Below are positions 31,244 through 41,463 of a DNA stretch of 64,000 nucleotides, in pieces. Position 1 is the stretch's first letter; each line of letters begins with the position of its first letter. The stretch lies in the NCBI GenBank assembly GCA_009859145.1, contig VRVR01000048.1, positions 103,763-167,762 of the forward strand, read 5' to 3'. The DNA comes from Andalucia godoyi And28. Lineage: Eukaryota; Protista; Jakobida. The position numbers and the translations under genes were made by a program. The notes under the pieces are model-generated. The model had not been told where the DNA came from. It worked only from the letters and a program-made list of their open reading frames with translations, and ran no database searches.

Positions 31244-32953
31244 ATGACTGCAGACAGCGCACACGGGCATGGTTTGACACGTCTTGCGTTTTGCGTGCAC
31301 AAATCCAAACTTTGCGAACTTGCGGTGAATGACCACGACTTGTACGTCACCCCGGTGGTTGCTCCTAAAGCTGGATCTTTGGACCTCCAAGCTGTTTCTG
31401 TGAAGTATGATCGCGCTTTGGTAATCCCTATTCGACTGCTTTACTCTGTTTCTGTCGATTCCATAGATGCAGGACTCATGTACAATGACAACCAATCTCC
31501 TCCGTTCCATCGAATTGTGGAGGATCCTCGCTCGGCAATTTCAAAATTCATTGCTGGTCTTCGTGTTGATCATTATTCATATACTGTTGTCAAAGGCACG
31601 CATCCGTCTGTGACTGCGTTCAAGGTCAAGACAGAGGGCACTGCACCGTTATTCTTGAAGCTTGCTTCACTGGAATGTGCATTCAGAACTTGCTTTTATT
31701 TGCGCGCGTGCGTTTCTGCGTCTACTGTTGTTGGGGGGCCTCCAGTCATTTGCAGCGACCACAGCGCAGCACCGCAAGTTGGAGATGTCACGAGCGCTCA
31801 TCGAGATTCACGGCAAAGGAAGACGCTTGTGCTGATCAATCCTTTTTCAGGGAAGAAGAAGAGCCAAATGCTGTTCATGAAGCACGTAAAACCGGTGCTA
31901 GATCGTGCTGGAACGCCGTATGATGTTGTTCTCACACAGCATCCGCTTCATGCTATGCAGATCGCCTTTTCAGTCAATGTGGATGAATTTGAGTGTGTGG
32001 CAACATGCTCAGGAGACGGTCTTATGCACGAGGTTGTCAATGGATTGCTACGTCGGCCGGATTGGATTGACATTCGCGATAGGATCGCAGTTTGTCCGAT
32101 TCCTTGTGGAACTTCGAATGCGTTGGCTGCGTCGTTCAGCATGATCCACCCTGCTGATGCTGCTGCTGCTCTTTCCAGACGAACAGCCGAGAAGTGCGAT
32201 TTGTTCTTTTTTGAAACACTAACTACGCCTTCCGCGGTATCATCGACGGAACCGTTGCCGTCTGCAACGGAAGGTTCTTCAGCGAGTGCTCAACTAGAAG
32301 CCACTGGACAGCATGCTGCTTCTCTGGACGTTTTCCAGGATTATTCAACATCTCGCTGGGGCTTCCTTTCCGTCGCGTGGGGTTTCATTGCCGATTGCGA
32401 CCTCGGAACCGAGGACATCCGTTGGATGGGGTCTTTGCGAAACCAAGTTGGTGCCCTAAAATTCATCAAGAAGAAGAAGCGACCGCATGCGAAGATCCGT
32501 TATGTACTTGGTTCTGCCAAGAATGACGGACATGCCGAGGAGTCTGCCAGTCCAGTATCTGCAGAGGATTGGGTGGACATGGAGGACGATTTCTTCATGA
32601 TTTTGTTTTCGAATTTGCATTACTTGTCTTGGGATGTTATGTTCTCCCCGCTATCAAAGGCTAACGACGGGTTAATCGAACTCTTGCTCGTGCGGGATTG
32701 CAAGCGGCTAGACTTGCTAAAACTGTTCGGCGAGGTTGAGCGTGGGAACCACATTGGTCGTCCTGAAGTAGAATGCACGTCGATTCGCAGTGCCGAAATT
32801 TCCTTTGATCCCGAATCAGCGGACACGTTTGTTGCGGTGGACGGAGAGAAATTGCCTCTGCAGCCTTTCCGGGTTTCCATGGATCGCAATGGCCGTCGAG
32901 AGTATGTTTTGATTCGAGGATTGGATGTTCAATTGCCATCATCAAAATTGTAG
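31244..32953 (+). CDS. SPHK: Sphingosine kinase-like (DAGK catalytic domain)
   Basis: VLINPFSGKK, CSGDGLMHEVVNGL, PCGTSNALA, AWGFIADCDLGTE, VAVDGE. Confidence 0.92.
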   Translation: MTADSAHGHGLTRLAFCVHKSKLCELAVNDHDLYVTPVVAPKAGSLDLQAVSVKYDRALVIPIRLLYSVSVDSIDAGLMYNDNQSPPFHRIVEDPRSAISKFIAGLRVDHYSYTVVKGTHPSVTAFKVKTEGTAPLFLKLASLECAFRTCFYLRACVSASTVVGGPPVICSDHSAAPQVGDVTSAHRDSRQRKTLVLINPFSGKKKSQMLFMKHVKPVLDRAGTPYDVVLTQHPLHAMQIAFSVNVDEFECVATCSGDGLMHEVVNGLLRRPDWIDIRDRIAVCPIPCGTSNALAASFSMIHPADAAAALSRRTAEKCDLFFFETLTTPSAVSSTEPLPSATEGSSASAQLEATGQHAASLDVFQDYSTSRWGFLSVAWGFIADCDLGTEDIRWMGSLRNQVGALKFIKKKKRPHAKIRYVLGSAKNDGHAEESASPVSAEDWVDMEDDFFMILFSNLHYLSWDVMFSPLSKANDGLIELLLVRDCKRLDLLKLFGEVERGNHIGRPEVECTSIRSAEISFDPESADTFVAVDGEKLPLQPFRVSMDRNGRREYVLIRGLDVQLPSSKL

Positions 32954-33065
32954 TCGAATGCAAACAGAGTCTTAAAATTTCTTTGCATTGTTTTTATTCT
33001 AACCACTTTATTACTATTTTCTTCTTCTTCTTCTTCTTCTTACAATTTGCTTCTTGTCCCTTCAT

Positions 33066-33809
33066 CTACTTCGTAACATCTTCTGCCTTGTCGCTTGTTT
33101 TCTCTCCAGGAACAATCTTGCCGATGTACAGCCACTTGGTCTGGGCCACTTTCGCTTTCGCAATGTTGCGCTCAAAAACCAAGTATTCCGTTACATCCTT
33201 CGGCACAAATGCATCTCCAGACACGACGACTGGCTCTTCCTTTGACAGAGACCCTTTCTTCTTTGGTGTGACATCAATAACAGCAACGATCTGTTGAGAT
33301 TCGATCTTGACAGTCACTTGAGCGAATTCATCATCTGTCCCTTGGATCTTCGCAACGCGGTGTGCCATAACAGTCGAGTTTCGCACAAGTGGCATTGACC
33401 ACTGAAGTTGCAATTGTCTTCCAGGAATGGAGGTCAAATTGCGGAGCATCGATTTGAACTTGGACATTGCCATCTCCGTAACGTGATTCCTCAGCGTGGA
33501 TTTATCGTCTTCGCACAGGGCTTGATTGATTGTCTTCCAATCCTCAACAGCCTGCTTTGCGAATTTGCTTGGAGAATAGCTCATCATCGACTGCTTGATA
33601 CGAGCATAGGCTGTGGCAGAAAAGAAGAACTTTTTGAATCGAGAAAACAGAGGTGCATTTGGATCATATGGATCTGCAATCATATTTGGAGACTGGAGGT
33701 GGATGCGCAGAGCAGTCGGCGCCACGAATCTTTGTGCGACACCACTAGTCAAGTTCCCAGGGGCCTTTGCGAGTAAGGCGAAAGAGCCGCGGAACAGAAA
33801 GGAAGACAT
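33066..33809 (-). CDS. Tim44-like domain mitochondrial protein (MRPL45/Mba1-like)
   Basis: Basic presequence; FAQVTVKIESQQ and EYLVFER motifs. Confidence 0.8.
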   Translation of the reverse strand: MSSFLFRGSFALLAKAPGNLTSGVAQRFVAPTALRIHLQSPNMIADPYDPNAPLFSRFKKFFFSATAYARIKQSMMSYSPSKFAKQAVEDWKTINQALCEDDKSTLRNHVTEMAMSKFKSMLRNLTSIPGRQLQLQWSMPLVRNSTVMAHRVAKIQGTDDEFAQVTVKIESQQIVAVIDVTPKKKGSLSKEEPVVVSGDAFVPKDVTEYLVFERNIAKAKVAQTKWLYIGKIVPGEKTSDKAEDVTK

Positions 33810-34285
33810 GGAAAACGCAACAATGCCTGCTTTCTCGCCCTTTCACCCTGACCAAAAAAATTAAATTAATAATAAAAAGAAAAAAATATACATAAGGCAA
33901 AGCGCACCAAGCTGAGAAGAGAGGAAATGAAAGATGCCAGGAAACCCCAGCTGTCGACCGTACAGCAGGTTTTCCCGGTTTTGAAAACGCAGCGGTGGCA
34001 AATGGGCGGGGGTTGGGGCTTCCAGGCTGTCAGCTGACATTGAAAAACTGTTTGGACTCCGAAGCCAGAATGTCAGTGACATCAAGCGGAAATGTCAGCC
34101 TCGTTTTCTCATCGTTTTCAGCTTTCAAGTCTGATTTCCTCCCCCACGAATAGTCGAGAACCTTTCTTCTTCCGTTCGTGACTGTTACTTCCTATAGATT
34201 ACAGTTTCGTCCTCAAGTCGTTCTGATTCATACGATCTTTCCATTCACCATAGAATTTTTTCCCTTGTAATTTGATATCCTCACG

Positions 34286-35566
34286 ATGGCTTCTGCACAA
34301 GTTCCAACCATTGGTTGCCGTCTTTCTCTTATTTCACGCAATGGAATCCGCTACGAAGGAACTTTGCATATGATTGATCAAGAAAGTTCTTCCATCCATC
34401 TTGCAAATGTCAAATTGTTCGGTACGGAAGGCCGTGGCTCAAACAATGTAGCTCCCCAAGACAAGGTCTGGCCGCTCATCATTTTCAAGGCCCAGGATAT
34501 TGGAGATCTGAAGGTCATTGAGTCCAGCGTTTCCGGCTCGGCACCTGTTCTCCCTACCACTCCGTCGCTGACTCCTACTCCAATGGCGGCATCCGCGTCC
34601 TCTGCAGGTCCGTCGTCCTCAAACCCAAACTTGTCACCGTCGCCGTCGAGCGTGAGCGGACAGTTCAATCCGTTCCTTTCTGGTCCTAGTCCGCTTCCGC
34701 AACCCGTTCCCACACCTGTACCAGCTCTTCCTCAGTCGTCGCACTCCTCTTCCGCAGCATCATCCAGTCAGCCTTCAGCGGCGTCCAGCACCTTGCCGCC
34801 TGTCGGACTGATGAATTCTGTTCCTGCGCCTGTTTTTACTCCGTCAACCACTCCCATACCGGCTGTTAGTTCTGGTTCTGGTTCTGGTTCTGGACCCGCT
34901 TCTGCTCCGAATGCAGGAAGCAGTTCCTTCCACTCAAATGGTGCGAATAGTGCACGGCGGGGTCGTCCTGCTGGTCCGGAGATTCCCGATCAGGAATTCG
35001 ACTTTGTAGCTGCGAATGCAAAGCTCGACAAGGACCAGATCATCAGCGAACTGCAATCTCAAGGCGTAACTGGAAAGGCTGGTCGCCTCGATGGATTTTT
35101 TGACACGATTTCTTCGGACGCGTTGAACAAGTTGGTGGATCCAAGAGGGCGCATGAACCGCGATGACAGAAGTAGGCAGCGCACGGTGGACTACGAAACG
35201 TTTGGAACAGTGGATCGTGGGCATCGTGGCGGCGGAAGGGGTGGTGGGCGAGGCGGTCGTGGAAACCATCGAGGGGGATATCGTTCCGATTACCATCAGA
35301 ACTCCGGTAGCGGCAACGGGGGCATGAACAACAGCAGCACCAACAATAATGGTCCCAACTTCAGCGGCAATTCCAACAGCATCAACAACAACAGTAACTA
35401 TTCGGGCCAATACAACAATCAGAACGCTGGCGCGAACTATCCTCGTGCTCAGGAGTCGGACGGAAGCGGTTCTGACAATCGTCCTGGTAATCGTGGTGGA
35501 TTCCGTGGTGGTCGCGGTGGCTTCCGCGGTGGTCGCGGTGGCTTCAGTGCTGCGCCCGTTTCTTAA
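34286..35566 (+). CDS. LSM14: LSM14/Scd6/RAP55 decapping activator
   Basis: LSLISRNGIRYEGTL, FGTEGR, DQEFDF (FDF), FFDTIS (FFD), ETFG (TFG), RGG tails. Confidence 0.95.
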   Translation: MASAQVPTIGCRLSLISRNGIRYEGTLHMIDQESSSIHLANVKLFGTEGRGSNNVAPQDKVWPLIIFKAQDIGDLKVIESSVSGSAPVLPTTPSLTPTPMAASASSAGPSSSNPNLSPSPSSVSGQFNPFLSGPSPLPQPVPTPVPALPQSSHSSSAASSSQPSAASSTLPPVGLMNSVPAPVFTPSTTPIPAVSSGSGSGSGPASAPNAGSSSFHSNGANSARRGRPAGPEIPDQEFDFVAANAKLDKDQIISELQSQGVTGKAGRLDGFFDTISSDALNKLVDPRGRMNRDDRSRQRTVDYETFGTVDRGHRGGGRGGGRGGRGNHRGGYRSDYHQNSGSGNGGMNNSSTNNNGPNFSGNSNSINNNSNYSGQYNNQNAGANYPRAQESDGSGSDNRPGNRGGFRGGRGGFRGGRGGFSAAPVS

Positions 35567-35835
35567 CGTCGAACGCCATCCATGCTTCTCCTTTGTTTTG
35601 ATGGAGAATTTTCTGTGTTGCTTATTTAGGAGAGTTGCAGCATCTCAGTAGCGACGATGCAAACTTGTGATAAATAGCAAATTGTGTGAACCGTCCTTCT
35701 CTCTCTGTTTTTCCTTCGTCTGTTTCTTCTTTTTCGCTTCTCAGATGACAAAGAACCACAAGCCAACCACTCCCCCCCCCCCCCCCCCTAAAAAAAAAAA
35801 AAAAAAACCCAACAAACAAAGAAGAACAGAATTTT

Positions 35836-36330
35836 TTACTGCGACAGTTCGTTCAACGCCTTCTGGAAACGTCCTGCGTGAGATTTCTCAGCTCTCGCAA
35901 GGGTTTCAAACCAGTCAGCAATGTCATCTAAGCCCTCTTCACGTGCGGTACGCGCCATACCGGGGTACATGTCAGAATACTCGTGTGTCTCTCCTACAAT
36001 GGCCGAGCGCAGATTCGCTTCCGAGTCGCCGAATGGCTCTCCAGTCGCTGGGTCGCCAACGTCCTGCAAGAATTCCAAATGGCCAAATGCATGGCCGGTT
36101 TCTCCTTCTGCAACAGCACGGAACAAAGAAGAAACCTCTGGCTGTCCCTGAACATCCGCCTGAGTTGCAAAGTAAAGGTAGCGCCGATTCGCCATGGACT
36201 CGCCAGAAAATGCCATCCGCAGATTCTCGTGTGTACGAGTGCCTGCCAGATTAGAGAACTTGCGAACCGGAATCGCACAAGACGACAAAGGTCGGAATGC
36301 ACCTGGAAAGGACCGAAAGAGAGCGAACAT
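35836..36330 (-). CDS. rbr: Short rubrerythrin (no rubredoxin domain) with mitochondrial-type presequence
   Basis: NLRMAFSGESMANRRYLYFA, EGETGHA, GETHEYSDMYPGMA, AEKSHA di-iron motifs; ~25 aa uncharged/basic N-terminal extension. Confidence 0.93.
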   Translation of the reverse strand: MFALFRSFPGAFRPLSSCAIPVRKFSNLAGTRTHENLRMAFSGESMANRRYLYFATQADVQGQPEVSSLFRAVAEGETGHAFGHLEFLQDVGDPATGEPFGDSEANLRSAIVGETHEYSDMYPGMARTAREEGLDDIADWFETLARAEKSHAGRFQKALNELSQ

Positions 36331-36597
36331 TGTTTGAAATTCGTCAACAAGTACTAATGAAGGAACAATCGCTGTGAAAAAGAAGGAGAGAAGAAAGAAA
36401 TCCCAGAAACAAGATAAACCAGAGAGATGCGAGGTATGTCATTGCATCAAATGTTGCCTCAAGCTGCAGGGTCCTGCCGGTTGGGTTTCTGGCGCTCTCG
36501 TTGGTCGAGCAGCTGGCTGCCAGGAAGTGGAAAGTGTGAAGTGGGAAGATCGACAAAAGAAGAAAAAGAAATCAAGGAAAACGGAATTACCGACAGG

Positions 36598-37146
36598 ATG
36601 CCATCAGTCTTCCGTGTTGTCAGTACATTTGTAGCGCAGTCCTCTGATGAACTGTCGGTCGCAGCCGGAGACCTCGTTCTATCAAACTCTCCTGCCACTG
36701 CGCTTGCATCGGACGAATGGATTCGAGTATTCTATGAGAACGACGCGCTGAAACGTCGTGGTCTTGTTCCCTGTTCTCATTTGTCCATTGTGTCGTCTTC
36801 TTTCCCGTCATTTTCACATCACAACACAAGCATCAGCAGCAGTGGCAGTAGCAGCAATGTCGGCAGCAATGTCGGCAGCAGTGCGACTCCAAGCACAGCT
36901 GTTGAAAAAACAGGGACTACCCGTTCATCGACAGTTTCTCCTCAAAAGCTGTTTGCGTCGCCCCCAACGAACACTTCATCGACGTCCTTCTCTTCCGAGC
37001 ATACTGCGACACGCAAGTTCAGGAGCGAACTCTTTGTCGCGGCGGATGAAATGAACAAGTCCATCATGGAGGACATTTCAAAAATGAGAAGGACTGTTGG
37101 GGATGCACTGGATCGCATCGAACAAGTTTTGCACCAATTTGCTTGA
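36598..37146 (+). CDS. SH3-domain protein with C-terminal coiled coil
   Basis: FVAQSSDELSVAAGDLV, DEWIRV, GLVPCSHL. Confidence 0.8.
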   Translation: MPSVFRVVSTFVAQSSDELSVAAGDLVLSNSPATALASDEWIRVFYENDALKRRGLVPCSHLSIVSSSFPSFSHHNTSISSSGSSSNVGSNVGSSATPSTAVEKTGTTRSSTVSPQKLFASPPTNTSSTSFSSEHTATRKFRSELFVAADEMNKSIMEDISKMRRTVGDALDRIEQVLHQFA

Positions 37147-37509
37147 GATTCATTTATTTCGGCACAGACATGTTCGATTATCGAAAGTTCCAATCCCCCC
37201 GACAATAGCGCCGTGTTTTGGTGCACGTTCTTCTGCCTATCGCTGTATCCCGCACCTAACATTTGATGCTGTTGTGTTGCGTGCGTCGTCTGTTTCGTCT
37301 AGGCATCTTTTTTTCCGCTTCCGAAGACGCGTGTGCGGTTTGTGGCTGGTTTGGTGGACTATAATCTGCGCATCGTCGGGCTGCGAATGGCTGTCGGCGA
37401 TTGCTGCCTGCATTCGCATCGTAAATATCTGACAGTCCGCTCTTCTCGTGGATTCGGAAACATCCCATGCATCCTTTCGTCCTGTACGGCTCTTTCATAA
37501 CCTGGATTG

Positions 37510-38311
37510 GAGTCCCGTCATCCGTCCTACATGTTCCAACACAACTCGGAACTTCCCATGGGTCCAGCCTACATCGACAGGATTTTTCACGCAGAGAAAC
37601 AGTCTGTGATGAGATACCGCAGCAGAAAGGAAGAAACATCCATTAGGTTGAACGCCAAAGATTGGAAAGGTCCCGGGAGACGTTTCCCTGCTAAATTCAG
37701 AAAGCATTTGCGAACAGGCAAAAACAAAGGATACTCGACTGAAGTTGACAAAATTGAAAAAAAGACTTTTGTTGTGCCTGTTCCCGAATCAGCAATCAAA
37801 CGAGAGTATATCGGCGATCGTTGTTTTGACAAGGAAATCCGTGATAGCTCTTGACCTTGGTTGTCGCACCTTCTTGGCCGGATACGATCCCGAATCAAAG
37901 ATGATCATTGAATGTGGAAGTCGAAAGGACGCAAAGGGCAATGGCGGAGATCGCAGTCGACTGTTTCGTTGGTGTCTTCATTTAGACAAGATGGAATCTG
38001 ATGCTGCCATGGACGTTTTCGCCAGCATCTGATCACCAAAGCTGCTGAATACGAAGATGTTGTAGTCCACGTCGGAGCAACTGAAAGAGTACAAACATTG
38101 TGGAGTTTGAAATGGATTGCAATTGGTTTTGGTTCTCGAAAAGATACGTTTGACGCATTATTCAATCATATTGAGCGCCTTTGCTTTAAGCGAAGTGCGC
38201 GATGGCTGCCTCGGCCCTTCATGTGCAGGGAGTTGTAAGCATAAATCCTCATGAAAGCGAGGCGAGTGTTGCCAGTACTGATCAACATTGGTTGGTATTG
38301 GAACCGAGGCG
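37510..38311 (+). mobile_element. Decayed Fanzor2 element (subfamily D)
   Basis: MRYRSRKEETSIRLNAKDW, RuvC-I KSVIALDLGCRTFLAGYDP, DRSRLFRWCLHLDKM, then after a deletion FRQHLITKAAEY..VVHV; end GGCTGCCTCGGCC...CCGAGGCG. Left boundary is approximate. Confidence 0.85.
38204..38311 (+). ncRNA. Candidate omegaRNA scaffold, subfamily D
   Basis: 108 nt; loop GCCTCG complementary to terminal CGAGGC; GTGTTG...CAACAT hairpin. Confidence 0.55.
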
Positions 38312-38501
38312 TCGATTTTTTCCGTCTTCAGTTTTTGCACTGCGCACCCGTCGTAACAATTGTTGTCTCCCCGCTTTTTTTTTTGCCTTCCAGACGTGTC
38401 ACATGCTTTTCCTGTTCTCTTTTTTTCTTCGCGACCTTCTGTTTCATCTGCTGCTTCTTCATCAACGACGTCTTCTTCCTTCTTGTTCAGTGACCTGCAC
38501 G

Positions 38502-41342
38502 ATGGATGCCTCGATTCAGTTCTTTGAATCCTTCATATTGAGAGGGTGCGCGCTCGATTCATGGACATACCATGCGTTTTGGGCTCGTTGCCGTCGGGAT
38601 CCAGTGTTTGCTACTCGGTTTGCATCGTATCTGGTTGCACGTCTTGTATTGATCTTTTCGCCGACAAAAGCCTCCGCTGCTTCATTAAAAAAGAAACACG
38701 TGTCTTCAGCGTCTACAAATGGGTTCGCAGCCTCGGAAGTGGATCTGACGCTCGTGTCGGACATCAAACGGTTGTTGACGACACCAGGAAATGCTCCCTC
38801 ACTTGACTTTTCGGATGATTTGTACCCGCATCTGAGCTGTTTATTTACACATGAGCATAATCTGGCACAGCTGTCCGCGGAATCCAGGCTGCCAGATGCG
38901 GAAGGTGTGCTTATGGATCTGGACCTTGCTGACGCCGTCCCTGCTCCAGCGATGTACGTTCCCGACAAATGCCGCCGTCCGTCGTATTTCAGCATGTCGT
39001 TTTTCCTGAATATTGTTCCTCCAACCGAACAGAATTCAAAGGATGCAGTGTTATTGTCGGAGATTGCTCTCAAGCATGCAGAGGAAAAGCCACGGCTGTG
39101 GAGAAGATTACTGCATACGTTGATGCTTTGCGTGTTGTCTATGAACATCGATCGTCTGGATTTCGGATTGTTGAATGCCATTTCGAACATTCCAGGCCCT
39201 CTGCGGAGTGTTCCTCCCATGGAGTTGGTTCTCCGATTTCTTTCATCCGGATCATTGACGTCCCGTTCTTACTTTCTTGTGGATTTTCTGACGAACACAG
39301 ACGGGATGGTTGGTTCTTATTTTTCAATGTGTGTGACAGAGGACATTACTATGCCACATGTTTCGAGCATGGGTCTTGTATGGCCGCATCTTGAAAGAGA
39401 GGCGCTGCGGTCGTTGGATGCCGCCGCAACTCTTTTGCCGTCCATTTTCAATGTGATGATACAGTTTCTGAATCATCCCTTTTTCCCGCAAACTCGACTG
39501 CTTCCGACGCTATTCTTTCTTCAGTATAGTCTGAAGATGACACCGCTTCCAGTCACAATGGATGCCGACGCAGAGGACCTTCTGGATCGTCTCGAAAAGG
39601 CAGTGAAGAGGTATTCTTTGTGGCCACAGCCATATGGCGTCCAAGCAATGGACTGCATCCAGCTATTGAGAAAGGAACGCATGCTCGGTGGCTTTGCAAG
39701 GAGGTCTCACATCTCTAGCGTCTTTTCAAATTTTGAGGGTCATCGAGTATTTGTCCTTTTGAACCAATCTGCAAAGGGCTCTGCTGCTTTTCTGAGGCAT
39801 ATGCGTTATGCGAAAGATGCGTGGACTGTACAATTTGCTCGAGATTCGCGGGCATGCCTGCTGGACTTGGCCGCTAGGCTAAGTGTTTCGTCTGTTGTTG
39901 TGAATTACTGGACGTCCCCTGATGTCGACTCTTGTGCTGCTCTGTCCCACATCCATGATCGATTACAGGATGTCAGCGTCGTGGGTCGGAGCGTGGAGGA
40001 ATTCAGGTCGGAGTGTCGCTCCATCGTTGAGTCAAGTTACATGCCGTCAACTTCGTCGTCGGTGTCTTTCACTGCTTCTGGGTCTTTCGAGATCGAAGTC
40101 ATCCCGCTTGAAGCTGAACCGGATTTGCAAATTCGCCCGCGTATTTACAAAACGCAAATTGAGTCTGTTCATCTCCACGCGCTCAAGAAGATTATTGATC
40201 GATATGCGACTCCTGAAGATACGATTTCTCCAAATGCAGAAGTTCGAAATGTGTATGTTGCCCTCGCAGGAGGGGATGGAACTATTCAACACTTTGCCAC
40301 TGCGTACGTTGCGCTTTATTCGCAGCTGAAGCATTGTCGGCTGCAATTACGGCTGATGCTGCTTCCGATTGGACGGCGGAATACAGTGTCTTCGTATCTT
40401 GCACAAGTAGATGGGCTCTACAGGCGGCATGTTCATTTGCCTTTTCAGTTTGCAAGTATGCCTGTCCCGGATTTGTCTTCTGACGGCGTTGTTGCACCGA
40501 TTGCTCCCTCGCCTACAGACTCACCAGCGATGTCACCTAGCGGTTCAAGCGAACGTCTGGATGATGGAGTTGTTGAACAGGTTACTCCTGGTGAGAAGTT
40601 TGAGGACATGTGGAAGGCGTTGCTGAAGGAGGATTCCAGTGGCGGCCTTATGAGTCAGTTGAACATCAGTCCCTCTGCACAGGGTTTGGATGTACCCGCC
40701 TTGACGGCTTCTTATTTGATTCGATACGCGTTATTTTCGACGCAGACGTTGACAGCGTATATTCATCGCTGTGAATGCTGGTCATTGGGATCGTCCGGAA
40801 GGAAGGAAGTTCTCATGATCCCGTTTGTGTCGTTCGCACAGCTGGGTGTCACTGCAGAGGCGTTGAGAATTCAAAAGTCGTCGATGCCGTATTTACCTGT
40901 GGGGGATATTGCGACTCAGAAGAATTTCCGTTTTATTCCCCCGGAGTGCAAGCTCACGTATACCCTGTGTGATTCCACAGGTACTCCTCTGAGACAGGAT
41001 GTTGTGTTGCCGCTGAACTCCTACAACTCCATTACCTTGACTGCAGTGTCGCATTTTTCCGATCGCATGCGGGTGTCCTCCCATCCTCAGCAACCATGGC
41101 TGCAATGCGTGGCACTGCCGTCTCAGTCCACCAAAGACAATCGCTCTGATTCCGATCGCGCTCGGTCCGTGAAGGCGCTCAAAGTCGAACCTCCAGAGAA
41201 TGGCTCCGAGTTGTTTGTTGTTCTTGATGGCGAATTGTTCGGACCTTTCCAAAAGTTGCGTTTCTCCACCTACGATGTTCCCGGAGCACAAGATGAACAG
41301 CTGTTTCTTCCTGTTCAGCATTTTCGTTCTCCAGATATTTAA
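38502..41342 (+). CDS. PIK3R5/PIK3R6 (p101/p84)-like protein
   Basis: SLWPQPYGVQAMDCIQLLRKE, VALAGGDGTIQHFATAY, VSSYLAQVDGLYRRHV and C-terminal VVLDGE...LPVQHF resemble p101 blocks (from memory of the family); ATG at 38502. Confidence 0.65.
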   Translation: MDASIQFFESFILRGCALDSWTYHAFWARCRRDPVFATRFASYLVARLVLIFSPTKASAASLKKKHVSSASTNGFAASEVDLTLVSDIKRLLTTPGNAPSLDFSDDLYPHLSCLFTHEHNLAQLSAESRLPDAEGVLMDLDLADAVPAPAMYVPDKCRRPSYFSMSFFLNIVPPTEQNSKDAVLLSEIALKHAEEKPRLWRRLLHTLMLCVLSMNIDRLDFGLLNAISNIPGPLRSVPPMELVLRFLSSGSLTSRSYFLVDFLTNTDGMVGSYFSMCVTEDITMPHVSSMGLVWPHLEREALRSLDAAATLLPSIFNVMIQFLNHPFFPQTRLLPTLFFLQYSLKMTPLPVTMDADAEDLLDRLEKAVKRYSLWPQPYGVQAMDCIQLLRKERMLGGFARRSHISSVFSNFEGHRVFVLLNQSAKGSAAFLRHMRYAKDAWTVQFARDSRACLLDLAARLSVSSVVVNYWTSPDVDSCAALSHIHDRLQDVSVVGRSVEEFRSECRSIVESSYMPSTSSSVSFTASGSFEIEVIPLEAEPDLQIRPRIYKTQIESVHLHALKKIIDRYATPEDTISPNAEVRNVYVALAGGDGTIQHFATAYVALYSQLKHCRLQLRLMLLPIGRRNTVSSYLAQVDGLYRRHVHLPFQFASMPVPDLSSDGVVAPIAPSPTDSPAMSPSGSSERLDDGVVEQVTPGEKFEDMWKALLKEDSSGGLMSQLNISPSAQGLDVPALTASYLIRYALFSTQTLTAYIHRCECWSLGSSGRKEVLMIPFVSFAQLGVTAEALRIQKSSMPYLPVGDIATQKNFRFIPPECKLTYTLCDSTGTPLRQDVVLPLNSYNSITLTAVSHFSDRMRVSSHPQQPWLQCVALPSQSTKDNRSDSDRARSVKALKVEPPENGSELFVVLDGELFGPFQKLRFSTYDVPGAQDEQLFLPVQHFRSPDI

Positions 41343-41463
41343 CAAAGAAAGAAAGAGGAAGAATGGAAACGAAAGAAAATGCCAAAAAACAAACAAACAA
41401 CAACATGCGATGTAAAAACATTTGAGCGCACCATGTTTTTCACTTTACTTCACAACAGAATCA

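Noticed and set aside
38255-38264. Alternative right end AAGCGAGGCG for subfamily D
   Set aside because: The 38311 end gives a 108-nt scaffold like subfamilies B and C and includes the shared CAACATT hairpin; this alternative is disfavoured but not excluded
38202-38501. First 100 codons of the 1046-aa ORF
   Set aside because: They overlap the Fanzor omegaRNA end and a T-rich promoter tract; the true start is probably 38502
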